From a phage, in the sequence record PZ379184.1: DNA of 39,711 bases; one strand, written 5' to 3'. Every line of letters begins with the position of its first letter. Positions within the stretch are counted from its first letter, which is position 1. The translations under genes and the position numbers were made by a program. The notes beneath the pieces were generated by a model, which was given only the letters and a program-made list of their open reading frames with translations, had not been told where the DNA came from and did no database searches. Shown here piece after piece: positions 8,160 through 18,771 of this stretch.

Positions 8160-8629
8160 ACGCACTTGAACAAGAGATTATCATTAAGTTGGTAGATAAT
8201 AACGAAGGTCGCCCAGATGATTTGAATGGCTGCGGTATTTTCTGCCATAATGTCCCTTGCTACCTCTGCCCTGTAAATATCAATAAAAAGATAACCTTAG
8301 GTGAAATCCGAGCGATGGACATACGTAAGCCTAAACTGGAGAAACCAGAGGTAACTACTACAGACGACCAGCCTTACGCTAAGGCTATCGACGACGTACG
8401 CAAGCCGTCCCACTATCAGGTCTTTGACGGTGTGGAGTCCATTGAGATTATCGCTCGGTCCCTGACTGTCAGCGAGTTCCGTGGTTTCTGCATGGGTAAC
8501 GTCCTGAAGTATCGACTCCGAGCTGGTAAGAAGTCCGAGCTGGCTACTATGGAGAAGGACCTAAACAAAGCGGCCTTCTATCAGGAGCTGTTCGACCTGC
8601 ATAAAGGTAAGTGCTATGCTGCCGAGTGA
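8156..8629 (+). CDS. 1.7: gp1.7-like nucleotide (dGMP/dTMP) kinase
   Basis: IIKLVDNNEGRPDDLNGCGIFCHNVPCYLCP, KITLGEIRAMD and GNVLKYRLRAGKKSEL match recalled T7 gp1.7. Confidence 0.85.
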   Translation: MNALEQEIIIKLVDNNEGRPDDLNGCGIFCHNVPCYLCPVNINKKITLGEIRAMDIRKPKLEKPEVTTTDDQPYAKAIDDVRKPSHYQVFDGVESIEIIARSLTVSEFRGFCMGNVLKYRLRAGKKSELATMEKDLNKAAFYQELFDLHKGKCYAAE

Positions 8630-8711
8630 GTGGTGCCGGGAGATGTATGAGAAGACTCTCAACCCGGACTACATTACGCTATACAACCAATGGAAGGAGC
8701 GAGGTTTATGA
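8616..8711 (+). CDS. Small protein (31 aa), gp1.8 position
   Basis: Short ORF overlapping the ends of genes 1.7 and 2, both by ATGA-type coupling. Confidence 0.4.
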   Translation: MLPSEWCREMYEKTLNPDYITLYNQWKERGL

Positions 8712-8866
8712 CTGAGGTTGAGAAGAAATACATCGTGGAGCTTGAGGGTCGCGTCCAGTCCTTCGAGGTTCCTGTGTACGCAAAGTCTCTTGAAGAGGCT
8801 ACCATGAAGTCCCAAGAGTATGAGGACGCTGGGTTTGTGGTCGGACGGATTCGTCCTGAGACCTAA
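8708..8866 (+). CDS. 2: gp2-like inhibitor of host RNA polymerase (52 aa)
   Basis: [14 protein letters not shown]...[10 protein letters not shown] resembles recalled T7 gp2 (SFEVPIYAETLDEA...AGFEVTRVRP). Confidence 0.75.
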   Translation: MTEVEKKYIVELEGRVQSFEVPVYAKSLEEATMKSQEYEDAGFVVGRIRPET

Positions 8867-8884
8867 ACTATCACTGTAGGACAG
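8862..8884 (+). promoter_or_regulatory. Phage RNAP promoter variant (CTGTAGG instead of CTATAGG)
   Basis: TAAACTATCACTGTAGGACAG; one mismatch at -3. Confidence 0.6.
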
Positions 8885-8924
8885 ACGTCAAGTTCGTAAC
8901 TTTTAAATTAGGAGATTTACACCA

Positions 8925-9623
8925 ATGGCTAAAGAGCAACTGAAGACTTTCACCACTCCGGTAGCTGGTATCGTTGAGCCTTACGCATGGCTGAACAGAG
9001 CAGACACCAAGTTTAACGAGCGTGGTGAGCATAAGGTTAACCTGACATTCAACCTGAGCGACCCGAAGGTCCGTAAGATGATTGATGTCTTACAGAAGAT
9101 TCACGACGATGCGTATGCGAAAGCACTTGCAGACCACGAGAAGAACCCACCTCAGGTTCAGCGTGGCAAGAAGCCTATTGAACCACGAGAAGGCGACATG
9201 CCGTGGATTGAGAATGGTGACGGTACTGTTACCCTGAAGTTAAAATGCTTTGCGTCTTACCTTAAAGATGGCAAGTCCGAGCCTATCGTATTACGGTTCT
9301 ACGACACCGATGCTAAACGCATCCGTGACGTCCCGAATATTGGCGCTGGGTCTAAGCTGAAGGTCAAGTTTAAAGTCCTGCCGTTCAAGTGGAACGCTGC
9401 GACGGGTGCAAGCGTTAAGCTCCAGCTTGAGTCCTGCCTTCTGGTAGAACTGAAGGAGTGGAAAGGTGATGGTAATGGTGGCGATGGTGGCTGGGGCGAT
9501 GATGAAGACCTCGGTACTGGCTACAAAGCGTCAACCGATGGTGACTTCGGGTCTGATGACTTCGGTGACGATGGTTCCGAAGGTGGGGATGACTCCAACT
9601 CTGGTGGCGATTACGACTTCTAA
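8925..9623 (+). CDS. 2.5: Single-stranded DNA-binding protein (T7 gp2.5 homolog, 232 aa)
   Basis: Same length as T7 gp2.5; GKKPIEPREGDMPW, VPNIGAGSKLKVKFKVLPFKWNAATGASVKLQLES and acidic C-terminal tail ending DF. Confidence 0.92.
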   Translation: MAKEQLKTFTTPVAGIVEPYAWLNRADTKFNERGEHKVNLTFNLSDPKVRKMIDVLQKIHDDAYAKALADHEKNPPQVQRGKKPIEPREGDMPWIENGDGTVTLKLKCFASYLKDGKSEPIVLRFYDTDAKRIRDVPNIGAGSKLKVKFKVLPFKWNAATGASVKLQLESCLLVELKEWKGDGNGGDGGWGDDEDLGTGYKASTDGDFGSDDFGDDGSEGGDDSNSGGDYDF

Positions 9624-10075
9624 TGGCCCAATGGTCTGCAAAACGGGGGCACTCTGTGGGTGCCTACCGCTCTGGACTTGAAGCCAAGAACCAGCAGTGG
9701 CTGGAACAGAACGGCGTCAAAGCGGAGTACGAAAGCCATTATATCAACTATGTGATTCCGGCTTCCGACCACAAGTACACACCAGACTTTATCCTTCCCA
9801 ACGGTATCATCGTGGAGACCAAAGGTATCTTCGATAGTGATGACCGTAAGAAGCACCTTCTGGTACGAGAACAGCACCCAGAGTTAGACATTCGGTTCGT
9901 GTTCTCAAGTTCCCGCTCCAAGTTATACAAAGGGTCTCCGACCACGTATGGCGCATGGTGCGAAAAGAACGGCTATAAGTATGCCGATAAGTTCATCCCG
10001 GTTGAGTGGCTCAGAGAGGCGACTGTACGTCTGCCTTCCGGTATCCTCATCCCCAAGAAGAAAGGAGTTAAGTGA
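9623..10075 (+). CDS. 3: Endonuclease I, Holliday-junction resolvase (T7 gp3 homolog)
   Basis: YVIPASDHKYTPDFILPNGIIVETKG and DDRKKHLLVREQHPELDIRFVFSSSRSKLYKGSPTTYG match recalled T7 gp3. Confidence 0.92.
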   Translation: MAQWSAKRGHSVGAYRSGLEAKNQQWLEQNGVKAEYESHYINYVIPASDHKYTPDFILPNGIIVETKGIFDSDDRKKHLLVREQHPELDIRFVFSSSRSKLYKGSPTTYGAWCEKNGYKYADKFIPVEWLREATVRLPSGILIPKKKGVK

Positions 10076-10545
10076 TGACTCAGAAATATAGACTTAAGGT
10101 TAGTTGCTGCGGGTGGCCTAAAGGTACTATCGTTACGAAATGTGCGAAAGACCCGTGTACAGCATCTGGAATTGTTCTGGTGGAATCCACTGAGCGTGGC
10201 CACTTCAAGCACGGAGCAGCAGGTTATAACACTCAGCCTGACGGTATGTGGGGGGCGTGGGTTGCAAAAGCACATCTTGAGGAAATCGTAGAGGATAAAC
10301 CTCAAGTCATGCCAGCTTCGAGCGTACCGCCTGTGACTGTGAAGCGTGAAGTCCTGACCATCAACAAGATTGGTGTAGGGCAGACGTTCATCGTCCACGG
10401 TAAGCCTGACGAAGTGTACGTGAAGATTAGCAACTCTCACGTCTTCAACCATAAGTTGCTCCAGATGCACACGACTGACGCACATCGCTTCCAGTCACAT
10501 CTGAATCTAGTGGTCGTAGAATTGGTGGTGTACAATGGTAAGTAA
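10075..10545 (+). CDS. Hypothetical protein (about 156 aa) inserted between endonuclease I and lysozyme
   Basis: SD AAAGGAG 7 nt before ATG 10075 (track ORF starts at an upstream GTG, 10072); overlaps the lysozyme start by 11 nt. Confidence 0.6.
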   Translation: MTQKYRLKVSCCGWPKGTIVTKCAKDPCTASGIVLVESTERGHFKHGAAGYNTQPDGMWGAWVAKAHLEEIVEDKPQVMPASSVPPVTVKREVLTINKIGVGQTFIVHGKPDEVYVKISNSHVFNHKLLQMHTTDAHRFQSHLNLVVVELVVYNGK

Positions 10546-10993
10546 GGTACAGTTCAACCCACGGTCCCGGACTGACGCTATCTTCGTTCACTGTTCGGCT
10601 ACCAAGCCAGATATGGACATCGGGGTAGAGACCATCCGTATGTGGCACAAGCAGCAAGGATGGCTGGACGTAGGCTACCACTTTATCATCAAACGTGATG
10701 GCACTGTGGAAGAGGGTCGCCCGGTCAATGTCGTAGGGTCACACGTTAAGGACTGGAACTCCAAGTCCGTAGGCGTCTGCCTTGTAGGTGGAATTGACGC
10801 TAAGGGCAAGTTTGAAGCTAACTTCACTCCGGCCCAGATGAACTCACTGCGCAACAAGCTGGCTGACCTGAAGGCCCTGTATCCTCAGGCAGAAATAAAA
10901 GCACACCATGATGTAGCACCTAAGGCGTGTCCAAGTTTCGACTTGCAGCGCTGGCTATCTACCAATGAACTGGTAACTTCCGACCGTGGTTAA
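10535..10993 (+). CDS. 3.5: N-acetylmuramoyl-L-alanine amidase / T7 lysozyme (gp3.5 homolog)
   Basis: VQF..R..TDAIFVHCSATKP, WLDVGYHFIIKRDGTVEEGR, HHDVAPKACPSFDL and C-terminal ELVTSDRG match recalled T7 gp3.5. Confidence 0.93.
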   Translation: MVSKVQFNPRSRTDAIFVHCSATKPDMDIGVETIRMWHKQQGWLDVGYHFIIKRDGTVEEGRPVNVVGSHVKDWNSKSVGVCLVGGIDAKGKFEANFTPAQMNSLRNKLADLKALYPQAEIKAHHDVAPKACPSFDLQRWLSTNELVTSDRG

Positions 10994-11017
10994 TAAACTC
11001 TAAAGGAGAACAACTCA

Positions 11018-11233
11018 ATGATTAAACTTATCGAATTTCTTGGTCGTCTGGTGGTGCGTGGTTATCGTCGTGCTGCGGTTATGGAACGAAAGGTAGAAAA
11101 GAAGACTGCTGACAGTGCGGCTGATGCAGCTGCTCTGGCTGACAAGCTGACCATCGCGTCACTGGAAGCTGGCATGAAGGCACGTCAAGCTGACACCAAA
11201 GCTGACCAGTTGGCTCAGTTCTTCAAAGCCTAA
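11018..11233 (+). CDS. Hypothetical small protein (71 aa), N-terminal hydrophobic, alanine-rich
   Basis: SD AAAGGAG before ATG; resembles a small T7-family protein that I cannot assign to a gene number with certainty. Confidence 0.55.
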   Translation: MIKLIEFLGRLVVRGYRRAAVMERKVEKKTADSAADAAALADKLTIASLEAGMKARQADTKADQLAQFFKA

Positions 11234-11252
11234 ACTATCACCTTAGGGATGG
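11230..11252 (+). promoter_or_regulatory. Degenerate phage promoter-like sequence followed by hairpin GGGACA..TGTCCC
   Basis: TAAACTATCACCTTAGGGAT has two mismatches in the -4/-3 region; hairpin 11251-11270 then TTTGTTCGC. Confidence 0.35.
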
Positions 11253-11298
11253 GACAATAAGTCCTGTCCCTTTGTTCGCATTCGTGATTAAGGAGTGA

Positions 11299-13002
<1,704 letters not shown>

Positions 13003-13053
13003 ATGTCAATGCCCTGAGTGCGACTGGAAGTCACCATACGGAGGACACCATTA

Positions 13054-13218
13054 GTGTTTAAGAAACTTAAAGCTCGCTACCATCGGTTCATGTACAAATG
13101 GTGGAGTGATGAAGCAGCCTGCCTGTCCAACATTCTGGGAGACCAAAGGTTCGACTCTAAGGCATGGAAGAGAGCTAACCGGAAGTTTATGTATCACTTC
13201 TTGCGTACAGACTTCTAG
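13054..13218 (+). CDS. Hypothetical small basic protein (about 55 aa; 66 aa if started at GTG 13018)
   Basis: SD GGAGGA 8 nt before GTG 13054; start uncertain. Confidence 0.35.
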   Translation: MFKKLKARYHRFMYKWWSDEAACLSNILGDQRFDSKAWKRANRKFMYHFLRTDF

Positions 13219-13223
13219 GTCTA

Positions 13224-13261
13224 GACTCAAGGTCATTCACATCGAGTGGCCTTTATGATTA
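13224..13261 (+). promoter_or_regulatory. RNase III processing site candidate (R4.7-like)
   Basis: AGACTCAAGGTCATTCACATCGAGTGGCCTTTATGATTA; copy of the element at 6125 and 36548. Confidence 0.65.
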
Positions 13262-13281
13262 GACTAAACGGAGGATTAACC

Positions 13282-15297
13282 ATGTTTGACCTTAAGAGTA
13301 TCTGGGGTTCTGACATAGAGACCAACGGTCTCCTTGATACAGTATCCCAGTTTCACTGTGGGGTCCTGATTAACGCCGAGTCGAATGAGACCCTTAAGTA
13401 TGGGGTAGCTCCGATGGTCGGTATCGTCGGTGGCTTCAAAGAGTATGTACAGAAGGTGGAAGAGATTGCCGCATCACCTGATGGTATGCTGGTATTCCAC
13501 AACGGTATCAACTATGACGTCCCGGCTATTGACAAGCTGAAGCGTCTGTACTTTGGGAAACGCTTTAACTTCCCGAAACACAAGATGATTGATACCTTGG
13601 TGCTGGGACGCTTGATGTATCCAAACATTAAGTTCTCAGACATGGGCGCAGTGAAAGCTGGTCGTCTGCCACCTAAGATGATGGGACGCCAGTCTCTTGA
13701 GGCTTGGGGCTATCGTCTCGGTGAGATGAAAGGTGAGTACAAACACGATTACGTTGCCAAGTGCAAGGCTGAAGGTATCGAATATAAGGCTGGGGACGAA
13801 TGGTTGTTCCCATCTCAGGAGATGCTAGACTATAACGTTCAAGACGTTGTGGTCACACTGGCGTTGTTCAAGAAGTTCCTGACTGACAAGTATTACTTCC
13901 AGTCTGAACAGTTCGCTTTCGACCAGATTTATGCGTTGCGTCTGGAACATGATGCTGCGTGGACCTGTGCGAAGATGGAACGTAACGGCTATCCGATGAA
14001 CACCGAGATGGTCGAAGGCTTATATCGTGAACTCACCGTCAAACGTGCAGAGTTGTTGGACAAGCTGCGTTCGACTTTCGGTAGCTGGTATGCACCAAAG
14101 GGAGGCAAGGAGTTCTTCAAGCACCCACAGACAGGCAAGGACCTTCCGAAGTATCCGCAAGTCGTGTATCCTAAGGTCGGGTCAGTATTCAAGAAGCCGA
14201 AGAACAAAGCTCAACGATTAGGTCTGGAGCCTTGCGAGTTCGACTCACGAGACACGATGGAAGGAGCACCGTTCACACCTATCACTTACGTTGAGTTTAA
14301 TCCGGGAAGCGGAGACCACTTAGCGAAAGTCCTGATGGAGCGTGGCTGGGAGCCTGTGGACTTCACTGACACCGGGAAACCTGTAGTCGATGACGAGACG
14401 TTAGAACACGTTAAGTTACCAGACGAAGAGGCTCAGGCTTGCGTAGAGCTGGTCCGTGAGTATCTGGTAGTCCAGAAGCGCATCGGTCAGGCTGCTGAAG
14501 GTAAGAACGCATGGTTGAAACTTGTAGGTCCAGACGGACGTATGCACGGTTCAATCAACCCATGCGGGGCAGTAACCGGACGTGCGACTCATAGTTCACC
14601 AAACATGGCTCAGGTCCCTGCTAACGGTGCTCCGTATGGTGAGATTTGCCGTGGTGCTTTCGGTGCAGCTTGGAACAAGACGGATGGTAAGCCAGACCCT
14701 TGGATTCAAGTGGGCGTGGATGCCTCAGGTCTTGAGCTTCGTTGTCTGGGGAACCGAGCGGCCCCGTTTGATGGTGGAGCCTATGCGAAGACTGTGGTAG
14801 AAGGGGACATCCACTGGGCCAACGCAGTAAACGCTGGGTTAGCACCTAACGTCCCACGCGATAAGTCGAACCACGACCATGAGGCTTTCCGTAACAACGC
14901 TAAGACGTTCATCTATGCGTTCCTGTATGGTGCAGGGGCCGCTAAGATTGGACTGATAGTAGGTGGCGGTAAGAAGGAAGGTTCAGCTCTCATGAAGAAA
15001 TTCATTGAGGGTACACCAGCTATCAAGGATCTGCGAGAGGCTGTGAGTAATACGTTAATCTCAGACTCTAAGTGGGTGGATGGAGAGAACATCGTCAAGT
15101 GGAAACGCCGTTGGTTGCGTGGACTTGATGGTCGCCGTATCCACATCCGGTCGCCACACTCAGCACTGAACGCCTTACTTCAAGGCGATGGTGCGGTAGT
15201 CTGTAAGCACTGGATTGTCGAGACTGAACGTATGCTCGAAGAGGCAGGGTATGTTCACGGCTGGGAAGGTGACTTTGCGTACATGGCATGGGTGCAT
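13282..15297 (+). CDS. 5: DNA polymerase (T7 gp5 homolog), exon 1 (672 codons)
   Basis: Starts MFDLKSIWGSDIETNGLLD (T7 MIVSDIEANALLE) after SD GGAGGA; collinear with recalled T7 gp5 through FAYMAWVH, then an in-frame TAA at 15298. Confidence 0.9.
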
Positions 15298-15895
15298 TAA
15301 CATCATGGTGCACATTAAATCTGGTGAACTCGGTGAACTCCTAATGGGACAATACCGAGCCAAGCCATAGGGAGGATGTATGAGAGGCAAGAAGTTAATT
15401 CTTGAGGCCACTGAGACTGGCTGCATAATCCCTACGTCACATAAATTGAATCAGGATGGATACTTCCGAAAGAGGACTAACGGTGTCCTTGAGATGTATC
15501 ATAGAACTGTATGGATTAAAGCTAATGGTCCAATACCTGACGGTTTCGAAGTAGACCACAAGTGTCGTAATAGAGCTTGTTGCAACGTCGAACATCTACA
15601 AGTATTAGACCGGGACTCACACTTAGTCAAGACCAACAAAGAGCGATACGCTGCTAGGAAGCTAGAAGCACGAGACTACTGGGTAGAGACTGGGTGTACT
15701 GGAACGAAGTTAGCCGAAATATTCAATGTGTCGTTCTCAGCCGCCTGTGGGTGGATTAGAGAGTGGAAGGCGTAGAGACTATCCGAAAGGAGTAGGGCCG
15801 TGGGTGAGATTCCCACGTAACCCGAAGCGCCAGACAGTCACCTCAAAGACTGATGATATAGTCCGACACTTCCAGTAATGGGAGAATACAGAAAG
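15298..15895 (+). mobile_element. Group I self-splicing intron (598 bp) in the DNA polymerase gene, carrying an HNH homing endonuclease ORF
   Basis: Exon ends in T; intron ends in G; intron 5' GTGCA can pair with exon TGCAT (P1 with U-G wobble); R-like AGAGACTA (15775-15790) and S-like GATATAGTCC (15855-15864) elements; downstream exon restores the conserved DNAP C-terminus. Confidence 0.8.
15380..15775 (+). CDS. HNH homing endonuclease (131 aa), intron-encoded
   Basis: HNH motif HRTVWIKANGPIPDGFEVDHKCRNRACCNVEHL; SD GGGAGG before ATG; lies wholly inside the intron. Confidence 0.85.
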   Translation: MRGKKLILEATETGCIIPTSHKLNQDGYFRKRTNGVLEMYHRTVWIKANGPIPDGFEVDHKCRNRACCNVEHLQVLDRDSHLVKTNKERYAARKLEARDYWVETGCTGTKLAEIFNVSFSAACGWIREWKA

Positions 15896-16051
15896 GATGA
15901 GTTACAGATTGCTTGTCGTACTCAAGAAATAGCAGAACGTACAGTAGAAATTGCTCAACTTGCTATGCGTAAGGTGGGTGAGTTTTATAACTTTAAATGT
16001 GTCCTTGATACCGAAGGTAAGATTGGACCAACGTGGAAGGAGTGTCACTAA
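15896..16051 (+). CDS. 5: DNA polymerase (T7 gp5 homolog), exon 2 (51 codons)
   Basis: Encodes DELQIACRTQEIAERTVEIAQLAMRKVGEFYNFKCVLDTEGKIGPTWKECH, matching the recalled T7 gp5 C-terminus. Confidence 0.85.
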   Translation, partial: DELQIACRTQEIAERTVEIAQLAMRKVGEFYNFKCVLDTEGKIGPTWKECH

Positions 16052-16335
16052 TGGCTATTACTAAACGTATTCGTGTGAGTTTTGACCTGAAGATGGTTGT
16101 TAGCTCAAAGGAAGAAGAGACCGTGTGTCGCCAACTGGCTGAGATGACTAAAGCCTACGCTGAGGGTGAGAAGCTGGATGGTCTTCAGCTGGCTCTGGTC
16201 AAAGCAGCAATAGAGTCAGGCCCTGAGTCTGCCATTGAAATTGTCGCCAAGAAGACCATCAAGGAGGTGCTGGTAGCTGCCTTTGATGATTACACGTTCG
16301 GAGTATCCAACCTGCGATTCGAGGTCAAGCAATGA
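16051..16335 (+). CDS. 5.5: gp5.5-like protein (in T7, binds host H-NS)
   Basis: MAITKRIRVSFD resembles T7 MAMTKRFKVSFD; ATG overlaps the DNAP stop (TAATG). Confidence 0.7.
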   Translation: MAITKRIRVSFDLKMVVSSKEEETVCRQLAEMTKAYAEGEKLDGLQLALVKAAIESGPESAIEIVAKKTIKEVLVAAFDDYTFGVSNLRFEVKQ

Positions 16336-16541
16336 GTGAATACTTACGGGTCCTAGCGGCCCTTAAGTCCTGCCCGAAGACCTTCCAGTCCAACTATGTG
16401 CGCAACAACGCTGCACTTGTGGCTGAGGCTGCGAGTCGTGGACATCTAAGCTGCCTGTCTATGGATGGGCGTAACAACGGTGCGTGGGAGATTACCGCTG
16501 AAGGCACCAAGTTCCTAAATCAACACGGAGGCTGTCTATGA
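16332..16541 (+). CDS. 5.7: gp5.7 homolog (69 aa)
   Basis: LKSCPKTFQSNYVRNNAALVAEAASRGHLSCL...GAWEITAEGTKFL closely matches recalled T7 gp5.7. Confidence 0.85.
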   Translation: MSEYLRVLAALKSCPKTFQSNYVRNNAALVAEAASRGHLSCLSMDGRNNGAWEITAEGTKFLNQHGGCL

Positions 16542-16756
16542 ATCAAGACGTATCAGGACGAGAACTTAAGGTAGGACAGAAGGTTGCTTTCTGTCTGGCT
16601 GGAAAGTCATACGCAATGTGTATAGGCGAAGTAGTCCGGGTAATGCCTAAGACTGTAGCCATCAAGCACAAGACATTTATTCGCTGGAATGGAATGACCG
16701 AGGAGGTCGAAACGGTACGTGCCTTCTCTTCAGTTTGCATCGCTGAGGAGGCATAA
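16538..16756 (+). CDS. Hypothetical protein (72 aa) at the T7 gp5.9 position, not similar to gp5.9
   Basis: SD GGAGG before ATG; coupled to flanking genes. Confidence 0.6.
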   Translation: MNQDVSGRELKVGQKVAFCLAGKSYAMCIGEVVRVMPKTVAIKHKTFIRWNGMTEEVETVRAFSSVCIAEEA

Positions 16757-17622
16757 TGTCAGAGAAGAAAATAGCTCTGGTTCTGGATGGTGACTATCTG
16801 GTCTTCTCTTCTATGGCTGCTGCCGAGGACGAGACAGACTGGGGTGATGACATCTGGACCCTTATCTGCGACCACGCCAAGGCTCGACGTATCCTTGAGA
16901 ACACCATCGCTGAAATCGTTAAGAAGCGCAAGGCGTGGAAAGACGCTAAGATTGTGATGTGCTTCACCGACGATTACAACTGGCGTAAGGACGTTCTGCC
17001 AACCTATAAGGCCAACCGTAAAGGTTCCCGCAAGCCTGTAGGTTACAAGAAGTTCGTAGCCGAAGTGATGGCTGACCCACGGTTCAACAGCTTCCTGCGT
17101 CCTACGCTTGAAGGTGATGACTGTATGGGTATCATCGGGACCCGACCTCAGATTGTTGGCTGTGATCATGCGGTTCTGGTGTCCTGTGACAAGGACTTCA
17201 AGACCATCCCGAACTGTGAGTTCTTCTGGTTAACCACTGGTGAAATCCTGAGTCATACGACTGCCGAGGCAGACTACTGGCACATGGAGCAAACCATCAA
17301 GGGTGACACTACAGATGGCTACGGCGGTATTCCGGGGATGGGTGGGGACACCACTCGTGCGTTCCTTGACGAGCCGTACTACTTCGTGCAGGAGAGCCGT
17401 GAGCTTAAGACTGGTAAGAACAAAGGCCAGATTAAGACTGAGTGGAAGAAGTATCCAAAGCGTGAAGACATGACGCTGTGGGACTGCATGGTTACACTGG
17501 CTGCTAAGGCTGGTATGACCGAGGAGGAACTTCTGGTCCAAGCTCAGGTCGCTCGTATTTGTCGAGCCTCCGACTATGACCCTAAGTCCAAGGAGGTCAT
17601 CCTGTGGACACCATCCATGTAA
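16756..17622 (+). CDS. 6: 5'-3' exonuclease (T7 gp6 homolog)
   Basis: CDHAKARRILE, YKANRK, KPVGY, SCDKDFKTIPNC, TIKGDTTDGY and WDCM...AKAGMTEEEL match recalled T7 gp6. Confidence 0.92.
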   Translation: MSEKKIALVLDGDYLVFSSMAAAEDETDWGDDIWTLICDHAKARRILENTIAEIVKKRKAWKDAKIVMCFTDDYNWRKDVLPTYKANRKGSRKPVGYKKFVAEVMADPRFNSFLRPTLEGDDCMGIIGTRPQIVGCDHAVLVSCDKDFKTIPNCEFFWLTTGEILSHTTAEADYWHMEQTIKGDTTDGYGGIPGMGGDTTRAFLDEPYYFVQESRELKTGKNKGQIKTEWKKYPKREDMTLWDCMVTLAAKAGMTEEELLVQAQVARICRASDYDPKSKEVILWTPSM

Positions 17623-17748
17623 TTTACTGGGTCGGACTTCTGGCCCTTTACTGCATGTACAAGTGGTTCGGGTCGAACAACCGCCCTAAACACTGAGTCT
17701 AACCGATAGTCATATCCTATCAATCCAACAGTCATCCATAGGTGAAAC

Positions 17749-17771
17749 ACTAAACTATCACTATAGGGACT
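17749..17771 (+). promoter_or_regulatory. Phage RNAP promoter (phi6.5 position)
   Basis: TAAACTATCACTATAGGGACT. Confidence 0.8.
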
Positions 17772-17832
17772 TTAGGACCTAAGATATGACTATAAGATAG
17801 ACTTTAGTCTTAACTTAAAGAGGAGATTCAAG

Positions 17833-18105
17833 ATGGCTATTAATGCTATTGAAAACGTTGTTAAGCAGTTACAGGAAGAAAGACTCGATGTCCCGAACAT
17901 CTCCCAGTCTGCTATCCAGTTCCTGCACGTATTGTTCAACGCAAGCTACGCTGAGAAGATGGGAGCTATTAGTCTCCTCAAGCAGCAGGGCTACAGCGAT
18001 GCGTTCATTGCCGGATTCATCAAGGGTCTCCAGTATTGCTCTGACACTCTCGACTCTGCGATTGCTATGCGTCGTGAGCTGAAAGATACCGTTCAGTTCG
18101 ATTAA
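17833..18105 (+). CDS. Hypothetical protein (90 aa), gene 6.5 position
   Basis: SD AGAGGAG before ATG; position-based assignment only. Confidence 0.6.
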   Translation: MAINAIENVVKQLQEERLDVPNISQSAIQFLHVLFNASYAEKMGAISLLKQQGYSDAFIAGFIKGLQYCSDTLDSAIAMRRELKDTVQFD

Positions 18106-18119
18106 CTGTAGGAGGGACT

Positions 18120-18344
18120 ATGTGTTTCAGTCCAAAGATTAGCACTCCGAAGCCTTCGGTCCAAGCACCTGAACCAGCACCCCTGAGTGAGGAAGTTGCG
18201 TCAGTTGACATCGGGGCTGAATCGGATGTGGACACCAACGAGACCAAAGGTATCAAAGACCTGAAGGTCAAGAAGGAGTCTGCAACTAAAGATAAATCGT
18301 CAGTAAGTCGCGCTATGCGAGCCTCTGGCGTCAACATGGGGTAA
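18120..18344 (+). CDS. 6.7: gp6.7-like virion protein
   Basis: MCFSPKISTPK and EPAPLSEEV resemble the recalled T7 gp6.7 N-terminus. Confidence 0.75.
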   Translation: MCFSPKISTPKPSVQAPEPAPLSEEVASVDIGAESDVDTNETKGIKDLKVKKESATKDKSSVSRAMRASGVNMG

Positions 18345-18348
18345 GACA

Positions 18349-18771
18349 ATGCTACCATATCTCAACTCACGCGAAGGTCGCCACATGTGCGCTTGTCGCC
18401 TCTGGGAAGACGGGCAGTCTAACTTCAAGTCATTCGAGGACTTCAAGGCTCATACTTACCGTATTGCTGACGAGTTCGACGGTGAAGAGTACACAATCTA
18501 CGATGTCTCAGGTCAACCAGTAGCGTATCTCTACATGCTGGCTACCACATCTTGGCACCGACCGACTCCCGGTCTTGACCTTTCAATCGTCGCTATTCGT
18601 CGTGACTCGCAGTCCTCCCGCAAGGTTCTTGAGACTGTCAGGTACATCATAGACGAAGAGTGCAAGCGTTGGGGTCTTGGCTGGTATTCTCGTGTCAAGC
18701 ATGTTTCCGGGTCGGTAGACATCGTAACAACCAAGTGCGTTAGCACGAACAAGGAGATTAACCGTGGGTAA
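18349..18771 (+). CDS. 7: gp7-like virion assembly/host-range protein (140 aa)
   Basis: Position and size between 6.7 and 7.3; homology not independently verified. Confidence 0.55.
   Translation: MLPYLNSREGRHMCACRLWEDGQSNFKSFEDFKAHTYRIADEFDGEEYTIYDVSGQPVAYLYMLATTSWHRPTPGLDLSIVAIRRDSQSSRKVLETVRYIIDEECKRWGLGWYSRVKHVSGSVDIVTTKCVSTNKEINRG

Noticed and set aside
15298-15895. Intein interpretation of the DNAP interruption
   Set aside because: The insert begins with an in-frame stop codon, its ORF is in a different frame and has its own SD, and group I intron core motifs are present.
17623-17750. Possible gene 6.3-like micro-ORF after the exonuclease gene
   Set aside because: Only a 13-codon ORF without SD is present; insufficient support.
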